A stretch of 64,000 bases of DNA from Chrysomallon squamiferum (Eukaryota > Animalia > Mollusca), in assembly GCA_012295275.1 (NCBI GenBank), contig CM022676.1, forward strand, positions 8,928,001 to 8,992,000, written 5' to 3'. Within the stretch, counting starts at the first letter, position 1. Each line of letters opens with the position of its first letter. The notes beneath the pieces were generated by a model. It did no database searches. It saw only the letters and a list, made by a program, of their open reading frames with translations, and was not told the origin of the DNA. The position numbers and the translations under genes were made by a program. Below are positions 12,348 to 26,141 of this stretch, in pieces.

Positions 12348-13897
12348 TACTACTACTACTTATTAACTAATTTTAGTTTAATTCTATGATTACTTATTCA
12401 TACATATGCTTTCTTTTCTTTTAGTATTATTAATTTTTGTTGTTATACTGTAATAATAATAATAAGAATAAGAATAACAATGACAACAACAACAGTGGCA
12501 TTAATATTAAAATAACTAACAGTAAGAACTACAATAACAACAGTAATAAAAAACAGTAAATAAAGTCACAGATTACAGGTGTACTAATAAAACAAATTTC
12601 TGTAACAAGAAATATATATTTTTAACCACTTTCTGCGTTAAAACATCGAATATAAAACTGATTTATTTCACTTCTGATTTCAGACTTCGCAACGCTGCCC
12701 AAGGCAGGTTGCCAGTGCCAATGACGTATGTAGGGGACGACAAAGTGGAGATGAAAGAAATAAACAGAGCTGTAAAAGCTCTTCAGTCAATGGAGTTAAA
12801 TTTCCTGAAGGACAAGCAGAAGAAGAAGAAGAAGAAGAAAAATATTCAAGGTCGAAATTTGATATTTTCAACTTTCACGTAATTTTTTTGTTTTCAAGAA
12901 CTGCTATTATTTTATTTATTTTAAATTATTTTCTTTGTTTATTATTATTTTTATTATTATTATTATTATTATTACTAATACTTGTAGATATTATTTCTGT
13001 AAGCTACACATAAAAAAAAACTTCTTTTCTGCTAATTAAAATAAATAAATAATTAAATAACCTATTACATAGCGATTCAAACATTTCATCTCAGTATCTT
13101 TTATTTACACAAACTTACAATGACAAATTCTATATTATTTGTCATATTTTTTTATTGACAAGATTTTTCTTCCTCACATAAAAAAAAAATCTCTCCTTAT
13201 TCTTTCTTAACAGAAGAACACTTTTTCTTATATAGCAACAAGAACATTCGTCTCTTAATTACAAGCTTAATATTAAGCTAGAGAATCTATTAATGTTGCT
13301 GTGAGTTCTAAGTTCAATCCTTCTTGGTGGATCTTTTAAGATATTTCTCATTCCAACCACTGATGTAACAAAAAATCATGGTATATAATCATCCTGTTTA
13401 TGTGATGGTATATTTAAAAGATTTCTTGCTGCTAATTGCAAAGAGTAACCTACAAAGTGGCCACATCAGGTTTTACCTCTTGTGATCCTAACTATCTGTT
13501 CTGTGGCACATGACTATAAATAGATTATGTCAAACATATCCTTGATTTTTGTTTCATTATTTATATGAGGCAGTTAAAGACTGAACAATAGATTATAAAA
13601 GGTCTTGAGCAATCGTGTATATATGTACATATACTGTTTATGCACTGTTTATATTTCTAAATGCATTTTTCTAAAATATACTTTTTAAATAAATGCTTTA
13701 TTATTTTTTTTATAAAATTAATGATGTCTATTTGCTAATATACTTATATAGTAATAACTATAAATATTTTATGTATACTTATAATTAATTTTTTATATAT
13801 CTGTATTTGTTTTCATAAAATTAAATACACAGTTTTGCTAACATGGTACTTAATAATTTTACAAATTTATATATTGTGTATATTACTAAATATGTTT

Positions 13898-13929
<32 letters not shown>

Positions 13930-15988
13930 ATTATATTTGTATACTTGTAAATTACTTTGTCATAAATTTTAACTACTATGGAGTTTCACTAACAAACTGA
14001 AATAATAATATATTTTACATACTTCCAGCTGGTTGTTTTTTTAATTCCTCACCTAAAAATTATACATGATCACGTGGAAATGCACAACTTGTGTTTGATT
14101 ATTTATACAGGCTGAACAACAGATTATAAAATGTCTTGAGCAATTGTATATATATGTACATTTTATTTTATTTTTTTGATTATTATTATTATTATTTTTT
14201 TTTTACCATTGTTCCTGTTGCAGATGAATTCAAGATCTCTAACTTACTGAAAGATGATAGTGTCTCGCTTCCAAACGGAAAAAGGAAAAGAAAATCCACT
14301 GAAGAAAGTGGAAACAAAAAAACCCCAAAAATTTCAAAGAGCGGGTTGAGTGATTCTTCAACAAGTTCGGGAGAAAGGAATGAAAACACTGAACCAATGG
14401 ACGATGATGGAGCAGACAGAAAGACAAAAAAAACAGCCAACAAGAAAAAGAAGAAAACTGCAGTGTCTTCAGCAAAGGGGGATAACTCTGTTAGCAGTGG
14501 GGAGGTAACTGATGCAAATCTGAGAATAAAGATGGTTGTGTTTCAGTAGCAAAACTGAAGTCTGACACTGAAATGAAATTGAAATCTGATTCAGAATCAA
14601 AGCTGACGACACCCGATTCCTCTGCTGTGGAAAATGAAAATCCAAGTCCATCACCAACTAAACACAAAAAGAGAAAAAGAAAAAAGAAGAAATCGACAGA
14701 AGGATTAGAAACATCAAATTCCAGCCTATCGCCACTGGAAGCAAATAAACTGGCAGCACAATCTAGTCCTTCTGATGGCAAACCTCTTCCATCAGCATCT
14801 GAGAAAACTGAAAACACATCGGATGATAAACAGAACACTAAAACTGTAGTAGCTAGCGCCAGTTCATCCACTGATACAAAAGATGTATTAAAAGTCAACA
14901 AAGCTGAAAATGAAATGAAAACCGATGGTTCTCACAAACAGAACAAAGAAGTCGAATGTAAAGTACTTGCTTCTCCAGATGTTTCGGCAGCTAAGTCGCT
15001 GAAAAGTAGTTCAACAAATGATTTGATTGCTGATGGTTCTTCGACTTCTCCTGCCAAAAAGAAAAAGAAAAGGAAGTCATCTCTTAAGACTTCGGAAAAC
15101 AAAAACAGCATTTCAGATTCCGATGCAAGCTGCAGACGCGAAACTCGGCCATCTTTGACTGTGGACACGTCTTTGATATCGCAGAAAGAGAATGAAGTAG
15201 ACTCCACGACTTCACAGGGTGAGACGAAGGATTCAGTTTCTGGTCACTCGAAGATGGGCACTTCACCAGATTCTTCAAATGTCTGTGCAGAAGATGGATC
15301 CATGCCATCTACTCAGCAGAAAAAGAAAACAGAAGAAACTTCAGGAAATAATAATAATAATAATAATAATAGCAGCTTCACTTCTGATCCAGATCAGGAG
15401 CAAGAAAACATGTCATCAATGAAGAAGAAGAAGAAGAAAAATAAGAAAAGGAAAAGTTCCTTGGACGGAGGGAACAGATCTTCGATGTTTGATTCCGATT
15501 TGAGTTCCCAGAACCAGACGGAATTGTTGGACATTACAGCTGAAACTGTGTCATCATCATCATCTTCTTCTTCATCGTCGTCTACAACTAAAAAGAACAA
15601 GAATAAAAAGACTCAGAGCCTGGAGGCATCATCCATGGATGAAAATGACGAGGAAAGTTCTAACATGGAAGAAAATAAAGAAAAATTGAACACCGCTGAT
15701 GAAAAGGAAATGGAAGAGTTGAAGATTGAGAAGAATTTGATGATGGAATTCATTAAAGCTATGCAGGAAGGTGAAGAAGACGTTACAAGCACAAAGTTTG
15801 AAAGGAAGATGAAATCATCGTTCACTGAAGTTACAAAGAAGGAGAAGAAGACGAAGATATTATCACCATCGTCATCATTTGGACATTTTGAAAAGTCACC
15901 GACTCCAGTAGCGTTTGTTCGAAAACCTGCCACACCGCACACCATGCCTAGAAAGAGAAAATTTGAGGTATGATTGTCATTGTTTATT

Positions 15989-16023
<35 letters not shown>

Positions 16024-17451
16024 TTCATAATTTAGCTAGGTTATTTTTGTTTTTGGAAGAATTATTTGTTACTTTTTTTCAAAGTTCCTTTGTTTTATTC
16101 ATAATGTAATCCTTTTTCCATGACAAGCAGTTACATATGGTGTGTGAATCTGGGTTTGTTTTATTGTTATTATTGTTTATTAGTAGTAGTAGTAATACTG
16201 TTATTCTTATTACTATTATTATTTTTATTTATTTATTATTTATTACTTTTGCAGTTACTTTTGTTGTTGTTGTTTTGTTTTACTTCTTCTGTTTCCATAC
16301 TGTTTTATTTGTGGTTTTTGTTTATTTGTTTTTTATTGTTTAATTTTTAACTCTCAAGTAAATGTTTTATTCTATGCAGTAACTCTCAGAAAATTTCTAC
16401 TTCTTTTGTCCTCTTTCGTTAATAATATTTGCATTATAATATAATAATTATTATTTTTGTGTACATCTTTTTCGGTAATTGTTTGTTTATTTATAAATTT
16501 TGTTTATTTATTTAGAAAACAAATGAAGCAGATGGTCAGTGTCTGTCAACATCAAAAAAAAGAGTCAGCTTTGATCCAAGCAGAAATATGTCTCTAGGTA
16601 AGTTTATCCTGTTTATTTCTTTATTCTGTTTATTATTATTGGTATTGTTATTATTGTTATTCTTCTTCTTCTTCTTCTTCTTCTTCTTTTCTTCTTCTTC
16701 TTCTTCTTCTTATTATTAGTATTATTATTATCATTATTTGCATCATCACTAATTGTTATTGTTACTACATTTATCTATCTTTATTATCATTAGTATTGTT
16801 GTTGTTAGATTATTAGTTTTGTCATTATTATTTTTATTTTCATCTGTATTATCATTACTGTAATGATACTGTTGTTTCTGATATAATTGTTATTATCATG
16901 ATAGTATTATTACTGCTATTTTCATAATCATCACTGTAATGTTATCAACATCATCATCATGGTATTATTATTGTCATCATCAAATTATTATTATTATTAT
17001 TTTTATGATCATAATCATTACTGTAATGTTGTCATCATTATCACGGCATTATTCTAATGTTGTCATCGTGATTACTGTAATGTTATTCTTGTCTTCATCA
17101 TCATCATCATCATCATCTTCATCATTATTACCACTTTTTTCTTACTGCTTATTTTCCACAACAACTCCATTACTTCCAGAATTCCGAGACAGTGTAAACT
17201 TCAGTTCAGATTCTGCATTCCGTCCAGACAAGTCCCCATCACAGGGCATCCTCAAGTCCCCAGCTCCGGTTTCCAGTTCCAAAAAGAAGCAGAAACTGGT
17301 TAAAAGAGTGTCGAAAAATCTCATTTTCGAGAGTCCAAAATCATCACGGGGTATTGAAACTATTTCCGAAATCTCTGCCCAAAAAAAGAAAAAATCTAGA
17401 CAGTCTTCAGAAAGAGCTGTTACGAGGTCAAGGGCAGCTGAATTCTTCTGA
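6220..17451 (+). CDS. RRP1B: Ribosomal RNA processing protein 1 homolog (RRP1/RRP1B, Nop52/NNP-1 family), about 1052 aa if one missing base is restored
   Basis: Exons: 6220-6331, 6597-6679, 7678-7821, 9410-9604, 10098-10162, 11031-11226, 11975-12072, 12684-12850, 14224-15967 (frameshift near 14516-14518), 16516-16597, 17180-17451. All are GT-AG and phase-consistent. Nop52 motifs [39 protein letters not shown] and [15 protein letters not shown] are present, then a long K/S-rich region, an RVxF motif KKRVSF, QGILKSP and C-terminal RAAEFF as in RRP1B. Confidence 0.93.
7217..7346 (+). ncRNA. Candidate box H/ACA snoRNA in RRP1 intron 2
   Basis: Hairpin 1 (GTCTTG/CAAGAT, CCAA/TTGG, GGC/GCC), H box ACAGGA at 7279-7284, hairpin 2 (GGACAG/CTGTCC; TGAAGCCTG/CAGGGTTTCA with an internal pocket), ACA at 7341-7343 plus 3 nt; 130 nt. 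Folded by eye only. Confidence 0.6.
8930..9065 (+). ncRNA. Candidate box H/ACA snoRNA in RRP1 intron 3
   Basis: Weak hairpin 1 (TGCC/GGTA, TTCCT/GGGAA), H box ATACAA at 8990-8995, hairpin 2 (TAGCA/TGCTG; ACCATT/GATGGT with pocket), ACA at 9060-9062 plus TTT; 136 nt. Folded by eye only. Confidence 0.45.
10641..10966 (+). repeat. About 330-bp direct repeat, copy 1 (RRP1 intron 5)
   Basis: ATTTGCTAATATACTTATATAG...GATCACGTGGAAATGCACAACTT aligns with 13730-14090. Confidence 0.9.
13270..13530 (+). mobile_element. Degenerate tRNA-derived SINE (MetaSINE-like core, recalled from memory)
   Basis: B-box-like AGTTCAATCC at 13311-13320. Core TGGTATATAATCATCCTGTTTATGTGATGGTATATTTAAAAGATTTCTTGCTGCTAAT aligns with a second copy near 19335-19391. 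Confidence 0.6.
13730..14090 (+). repeat. Direct repeat, copy 2 (RRP1 intron 8), bracketed by a 50-bp direct repeat
   Basis: Matches 10641-10966; flanks 13581-13630 and 14112-14161 are 46/50 identical. Confidence 0.9.
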
Positions 17452-17555
17452 AATTATTATTTAACAAATCAAATTGTTATTAATTTTTTTTTTTTTTTTT
17501 TTTTTAAAGTTAAAAAAAAAATATTTATAAAGAAAGGATAAATACATAACAGGTA

Positions 17556-17766
17556 AATAAAGCTGACGTGTGTAATGAAAAAAGAAGTTCACATGAATAA
17601 TGATCAACAGAGTAAGTATACATAACAATAAATAAAATAAATGTACATGATGATAAGCAAAGTATATATATATATATATATATATGAAAACTCATACCAG
17701 TAATGATAATACATATCATGACGTTTTTATGACTATGTATATTGAAAAATGTACAAAATCAATAAA
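17556..17766 (+). terminator. Candidate RRP1 polyadenylation signals
   Basis: AATAAA at 17556, 17631 and 17761, downstream of the stop at 17451. Low specificity in AT-rich DNA. Confidence 0.3.
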
Positions 17767-19161
17767 AGATAAATATTGATGTGGTAGAAAATTGGGTAAA
17801 TAAAACAGATAGTTAAAAGGAATATTTGTTTGAGAAAAACAAAATGCTTTCTGAAAATGTACTATTCATTTAAACCTGTATCTTGGTGTGTGATTATATA
17901 TATATATGGATACACACACATATAAACACACACACAAGAAAAGATAAAAATAATTTGATAGAAAAATGCGATGTAAAAAACATCTCATTAAAGGCTGGTT
18001 AAATATATGCAGTAAAAGAAGCTATTATAAATAATGGTGGTATTGGGGATACTTTATTTTTATTAGGTGGTTGTTTTGTTTTGTTTTTTTAAATATTGGC
18101 AAGATACATGAATATTTTCAAAATTAATTAAATATTTACATTGGTCCAGTCTGTTAAGAATTTTAAAATGTGTTTGATTTTTCTTCCACTGAAATATTAC
18201 AACATTAAATGTGGAATTCAGTTTCTTTTTTAATTAAATGAATGTTTTATTTAATTTTTTTTTTTTTTTTTTTTTTTTTTTTGTAATAAATAATAAAATA
18301 CAAAAAACTTTAGTTTTTTTTTTTTTTTTTTTTACTACTACTAGTACCAATGTTGTTATTATTATTATGACTGTTATTGCTACTACTACTACTACTACTG
18401 TTATTACTACTGCTATTACTACAACTACTGTTCTTATTATGATGATTACTACCACCATTCTTATCATCATCATCATCGACAACAGTATCTTATCAGCCTC
18501 AGCATATTATCTTAGAACTTTTAACTAATTATATCAACTTAAGAATTACACAAATAAATTTTATTTCATATATATATAAGCAAATCATAAAAACTGGAAA
18601 ATTCATGCTCTGTTTAACAACATTATTATTATTACGTATTTATGCATAGTGGGTTAGTCGTGAAAGTCTTAAATTCATAATATGCACCACAAACTCCTAT
18701 ACTTAGCATTATACTCGATGTGTAACCAATTGCATACATGCATAAAGGCAAAAATAGTGAAACGGGAATCGTTTATGCAACTTTATTGAAGCGTTTACAC
18801 ATCGGAGCTGAAAAAGAAAGTTAGAACATGCACATAAATAATATGTTTATATACACGTACATACAATCGACTGTCCGTATCTACACATAGAAAAATGCAT
18901 AAATATAATACTTTTCACTGTAGAAATTTTATGACGTAGATTACATCTGGTGGATGAAAACGAAACGATTACACTGCAGAAAATCCTGTTTATTATTATT
19001 GTTATTATTATTATGTTCTTATTCTCACGCTGTACGTTGCTATGCATTTGTCACGCGCGACTGATTATGACGTAACGTGTACGCAACTTGCCTAACGGGA
19101 ATAGACGCATGTAAAAAAAAAAAAAAATGAACAAGATCACGACAGCAAAATATTCTTTTTA

Positions 19162-19193
<32 letters not shown>

Positions 19194-19243
19194 TCGTAAT
19201 CGCCAAATGAAATGATGATGATGATGATGATGATGTTGCTGTT

Positions 19244-19420
19244 GGTGGCTAAGTGGTACGAGTACACGACTGAAGCATAACGGGGTCGCAGGATCAAATG
19301 AAGCACTGGAGCATTTCACATTCCCCTCACTGGGTGGTATATGTTTTGCTGTCTATGGGAAGGTTCATATAAAATGTCCCTTACTGCTAATGTGGAAAAA
19401 AAATAGCCGGTCATCTGACT
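19244..19420 (+). mobile_element. Degenerate tRNA-derived SINE, same family as 13270-13530
   Basis: A-box-like TGGCTAAGTGG and B-box-like GGATCAAAT, then core TGGTATATGTTTTGCTGTCTATGGGAAGGTTCATATAAAATGTCCCTTACTGCTAAT. Confidence 0.6.
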
Positions 19421-19478
19421 ACATTATTTTGTTGTCTGTGGTACTTATACGGTTCTATATTACTTCATTATAAACTAG

Positions 19479-19520
<42 letters not shown>

Positions 19521-19730
19521 AATAAAATAACTTGATTTAATAATATTCAAACGACTGATTTTAATGGATTAGTATTCAAAGTGTGAATATATACTTTTGT
19601 ATACTAATCCATGTATGTCTACCTAATTGTTTAAATGTAACTATTTTATTAATTTCGACCTACATAAACTGCTCGAATGAGACACGTAAATCTATTTGTA
19701 AAATTCACACATAAAACAACAACAACAACA

Positions 19731-19787
<57 letters not shown>

Positions 19788-19896
19788 GGTCGGAGAAAAA
19801 TAAGGAGATCCATACTCGCGTGTAACGGCATTTAATTTATGACGTCATAATGTTCTTATTTTGGATATTCTTGTGTAAATAACGTTTTTATTTATT

Positions 19897-19947
<51 letters not shown>

Positions 19948-20176
19948 TTTGATGTTGTCCAAGTTTGTTTTATTTTTTATATTTTTTACTGCTTATTCTG
20001 TTTCTGTCGCTGTTTCTGAAGTTTGTTTGGATTGACATTGTTACATATACACAAAGTCGTGCTCTGAATGATATTTGGGTTCAAATCATCACATTTTGTA
20101 TTGTTGTCACAATGGATATGACAGCAAGTGTGAATAATATGAAATCATACATTTTATTTGTTATTTTTGTCATACC

Positions 20177-20222
<46 letters not shown>

Positions 20223-21065
20223 TTTGTCAGATAATATATCGTTGACTCAGCCATTTATTTTAAAGCAGCTGTAACGAAATAACTACGCATTTGTTAGAAA
20301 TAATAAACACGGGATGTGAGAACGCCCGGTTAATTATAAAGCTGATCTGTGCAGAACAATAGAACTGCAAATAATAAGAGATTGAAAAAGGACAATGACC
20401 ACTGTAATTTGTCTGCTATTTCAGCATTGAAAATAAAACAATATACAGTATCATAATGTATATACTAAATTGCACACAAAACGTACATATACACATACGT
20501 AAACACATACACATAATAGGCATGTGTGTACGTATATTTATCTATATATATAAAAACATATATATATACACACACACAGAGAGAGAGAGAGAGCGGTCTG
20601 CGATATTGCAGGATCAGAGTTGACCTATTTGCATCAGATAAATCGTGATGTCTGAGTATTCGCATCTGTACATGTGTGTGCATAAATCAGAATGTTAGTG
20701 CTCATACATGTGTACACTGTCTAAGCCAAACCGTTGCTCAATTTTCTTTCATGCATGCCCAAAATGTCCTCCTTAAATACTGGGATAAAAGAATATACCG
20801 GCGTATTTTTTTTTTTTTTTTTTCTATTCACGGTTTGCCGGTGTTTAATTTATTACGTGACGTAAGCGTACATAATAGAATAATTTATTTCCTTATATCA
20901 CCACTGCGCAATGCAGTTGTTCTAAAATCGTTGGAAAAAATAGGTGAAAGAAAAACCTATAGAAATCGATGCCGTGAAGTCGTCTGCCATTGGAAGAAAA
21001 ACAAGATGGGTTCGACCGCAATAATTTATTTACCCATTTCCGATTCGACGATAGTATTTGTGCGT

Positions 21066-21399
21066 CATTCGCCGAGTCTGTTGTTAGGAAACATCAGTTA
21101 TTAACGTACGAATGTTATCTGATATAGTGTGTTAACAGAGTTATTAAAAAATGAAGGCTAAGAGTACGAGTAGTGAAGGTCACATTCTGACCGAATTTGG
21201 ATATGAGACTTCCGCCCTTTCGTTGCTCTCTATCCAGTCAAGGATTGTTTGTATCGAGATCTATTTATAGCTACGAACAGCTGATTCAGTGTTTGCTTTG
21301 TTAAGACCGAGAGCATAGGGTATATTTTGTTCCTGTCAATTTAAGCACGTATTAACCGCAAAAAGGTGAAAAATATTTCTAGGAAAAAGGCCAAAAGAG
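21066..21399 (+). promoter_or_regulatory. Candidate promoter and non-coding first exon of SLC16 paralogue 1
   Basis: Repeat-free CpG-containing island, Inr-like TCATTC at 21066 and consensus donor GAG|GTAAGT at 21399/21400. The first coding exon opens with an acceptor (34953), so an upstream exon is required. Confidence 0.5.
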
Positions 21400-21818
21400 G
21401 TAAGTGCTTGTTTTATCTTCATTGCTTACGTCAAAACGTCATTATCTGTCCTAGCGGAAGTTGAAATCAGCTGATTCTGAAAAAGCCGGTATACGTTGCT
21501 TTCAGCAGGCCGATAGGGAAGGAAATTTTTGCCAAACTATCTGCTTTACAGAAAATTAATGTTGGCTTTAGTGAATAAGGGTTTATATTTTTTTTATTAC
21601 GTTTCTGCAAATTATAGTTAAAAAAACACACACACAAAAAACAACAACAACAACCGAAAAACCAAAAACGATTGCGTTAAGCATGCAGAAACAGTGATGG
21701 CGACTTGCTAGGAATGTTATTATTATTAATATTACTATTAGTACGAGAGCTAGGAAGGACCTGCTAACTGATATACATCTGCGCATCGCCCGTGAATTCT
21801 ATGAAAGGCGCAAACATA

Positions 21819-21852
<34 letters not shown>

Positions 21853-22593
21853 GCACACACACACACATACATACATCAAGTTACACAGATGACAAATTAT
21901 TATAAAAAGCATATTCCCTATTTGTTGGTACATACTCGCTCGCACACACCTGTGCATTAACGTTACATTAATTAGCACTACTAATAGTTTTTTACATTTA
22001 TTAACTTAACTACTACCACTATGATGATTTAGATTTGAAGCTGCTGCTATTACTACTACTGCTGCTGTTGTTCCTACATCTGTTATTATCACCATTACTA
22101 CTACCACTATTACTATTACTGGTACCCATGCTACTTTACTATTACCACTACTACTACTACTACTACTATTATTATTAATAATACGGTTAGTATTCGTTGT
22201 ACTAAAAGCAGCAGTTGCACTAGTAGTAGTAGTAATAGTAGTAGTAGTAGTAATAGTAGCAGCAGTAGTAGTAATGGCAGTTAAATACATATAATTAATC
22301 ATCATATCCCCCCTTTTTCCAGTTTTTTCTTGTTATCATTACATATCTAAATGAATTGTCAAACTTGCGTACAAATAAAAAAATTATTGTGACGTCATTA
22401 ACGCAATGACGTGTTATTTATTTAGCCAGACGAACAAGGTTATTTGCTTAGTAATTGATTAGTGGAAAGCGATATCGAAATGTCGTTTACTCGCAACTAA
22501 TCCTATCGGATCAGTTATATTCAATTTGCAGTTATTTACGATCATGTTGTGGTCGTCGAATCTGCTTTGGATGAAATTATTATTATTATTATT

Positions 22594-22640
<47 letters not shown>

Positions 22641-22682
22641 TATCATTAATATTGTTATTATTATTGTTATTGTTATTATTAA

Positions 22683-22737
<55 letters not shown>

Positions 22738-22983
22738 GCAACTCTTAACGTGTGTGGTTAGTTCAAATTAGTCACGGAGTTACTTGGGTTAACAACAATC
22801 GATGAACATGACCTTTGACATTTGACACCTGTTGACCTAGACGGGGTGTAGTTCAGTGGCAGGTCACCTGACATGCTCCCGCTTGTTGGATCTTTTCTCG
22901 ACGATACCGGTTTGATGTTTTCCAATTGGAAATGTTTTTCTTTTTCTGTTTGTGAATATTTTCTGATACGTCCTTCTTGTTGC

Positions 22984-23059
<76 letters not shown>

Positions 23060-23664
23060 CTGTTTAATTATAATCCACTTAAATCGAAAAAAAAATATTT
23101 ATTAGAAGAACTCTGTACATACACGACCGTTTTCCTTTCACCTTCTTTGCTTAATAATAATTAACAAAGACGAATTTTCCTTCAGTCATTTAGTGCCACT
23201 TAAGCTGACCTAGGTTCATTTTCGCGATGCCTTTCCCGTTTTATTCTGGAGATAAGATTAGAAAAAACCAGCTGTCGTCTGCTGCAGTTACTTCCATAGC
23301 AGATAATGGGGATGGTTTAATTCACGGACGACCTACATAAATTGACCGTTTGCTGTTTACGTGTAAACGTGGGTTTTCTTCTTCTTCTTCTTCTTCTTCT
23401 TCTTCTTCTTCTTCTTCTTCTTCTTCTTTGAATTATTAGTATTACTGTCATTAGCACTACTACTACCACTACCACTACTACTACTACTATTTTTATTTAT
23501 TTATTATTATTATTAGTAGTAGTAGTAGTTGTAGTAGTAGTAATAAAAGTAATAGTAGTACTATCACTGTCGCATCATCATCATCATTATCGTCTTCATT
23601 ATCATAACCAATCGTTATTTTTTTGCTTGTTGTTATTTATTTATTTTTTATTTTTTTATTTTTT

Positions 23665-23732
<68 letters not shown>

Positions 23733-24225
23733 TGTTTTCTAGGCCTAATAATTATTCATTTTCATGTAAATTTCCAGTACTGTTATTATTATCATCATTA
23801 TCATCATCATCATCATCATCATCCTCGTTACTGCTACTACAGTACTACTACCATTACTACTAATAATAACAATAATAACAACAACAACAACAACAACAAC
23901 AACCACTGCTTCATAAAATCAACATATTTCATTATTTAAATTTAATCAGAGTGAATCTTTAAGCTTTTATGGCGTCGCTTAACTGATTCAAAGGGCGATA
24001 ACCGCTGATTGATGTAAATCAGAAAAGTTAATGAATAATTCAAGAATAAACTTTTCATGAACTGCGCATGCCGGGCCAGTGACTGCGCGAGCAAAGACGT
24101 ACTGCATAATAATTGTTTACTAACGAGGCGTATCATTTTTAAAGCGTTAGGTCCAAATAAAATGAGTTAATAATGAGACAGGAAAGATATTTCGCCAAAT
24201 GTGAAATACTAATAGTCCATATATT

Positions 24226-24925
24226 TTGTGCCTACACATATACATTATAGATATATGCAAATATACACATTCACACACATATAAAGATGCACACACATTA
24301 ACACAAATAGAAAAACATACACAGACATCTACATACAAACGTACATACATACAAACAAGCATACATATACATACACACATACATACGCACATATACACAC
24401 ATATACACAAATACACACAGATACACATACATATATATATATATATACACACACACACATACATACGTACATATATACATATACACACATAAAAATACAT
24501 ACACACAAATACATACATAAACATATATATATACACACACATACATACGTACATATATACACACATATACACACATACAGACAGACACAGATAAACATAC
24601 ATATACAGATAAACATACGTACATATATATATATATATATATAAACATACATATATATATACACACATATATACATACATACATACATACATACATATAA
24701 ACATACATATACACACATACATATACACAAATACATACAGACACAGATAAACATACATATATACACACACATATATACGTACATATGTACATACACACAT
24801 ATACACACATACATTCAGACACAGATAAACATACATATATATACACACACATACATACGTACATACGTACATATACACACACATATACACACATACAGAC
24901 AGACACGGATAAACATACATGCACG
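24226..24925. repeat. Compound (AC/AT)n simple-repeat block with a recurring ACACAGATAAACATACATAT sub-unit
   Basis: The sub-unit recurs about four to five times between 24585 and 24920; source of the spurious MYVCV/HTHI ORFs. Confidence 0.85.
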
Positions 24926-26089
24926 CTCACGCTCTACGCACACGCCCGAGCGCTTTTTGACCAAACGCAGTACGCCGAAGACTTAAAACAGCTGACCTGT
25001 GTCCAGTTTGGCGTTCTTCCAGGATATCTGAAATACATTTGAAAACAGAACCAGGTAATAAGATACCAATTTGCATTATTTGTCGCGGTAAACAAGGATA
25101 AATATGGAAACAATTCATGCAGTAATAAAGTTAAGTCTTATCAGCTGCAGATCTGGAATATCCAGAGATTAAGGGTGGGGGGGGGTGTTTTCGCACACGG
25201 GTTACTGTTGACCTACTTCAGTTGACCGATTTCTAAAAATGTATTTATTTTATTTTATTTACTTATTTTATTTTATTTTATTTATTTTTAATTTGTATTT
25301 ATATATTTATTCGTATTTTTATTTTTTATTTTTTTTTTTTTTTTATTTTTTATTTTTTTTTTTTTATTTTTTTTTTTTTTTTTTTTTATTTTTTTTTTTT
25401 TATTTTTTTTTTTTTTTTATTTAATGTTTTTTTTATTTATTTATTTTTTTTTTTTATTATTTTTTTATTATTTATTTTTTATTTTTTTTATTATTATTTA
25501 TTTTATTTATTTATTTAGTTTTATTGACTGATTGATTGATTCATTCATTTATTCATTCACTGTACTTTTCTTCTTTATAATGAAACATTTTATCGCGAAA
25601 ATTATGTGTATACAATGGATGCACTCACCTTTTCTCAAACCCTGAATCCGTTCTTCATGACTGATTATAAAAAGCATATCAAGGATTTTATATAATAATA
25701 AAGTAAATGTTTTTCAGTAACAGATTTGGAGGGGTATAGGATAGCAGTAAACGATTGGTTCGAAAATAAAAATGGCGGAATGAACATGAAGGAATTTAAT
25801 GTAAATAGTTCATTTCAGTCGAGAGATAAAAAATATATATATATTTTCTTTCTTTGTATGTATGTTTGTTTGTTTGTTAGTAATAATATTACTACTACTG
25901 TTACTACTACTACTATTACTATTACTATTACTACTACTACTACTACTAATAATAATAATAGTAGTAGTAGTAGTAGTATTACTACGACAACGTCTACTAC
26001 TACTGTTACTATTGTACTGTTGTTATTATTATTACCAGAGCTACTATTTCTAACGTTGTTATGTTATTATTATTATTTTGTTGTTGTTG

Positions 26090-26141
<52 letters not shown>

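Noticed and set aside
14505-14549. 42- or 45-nt mini-intron as the explanation for the RRP1 frame break
   Set aside because: Both possible acceptors leave the frame unchanged and hit a stop immediately.
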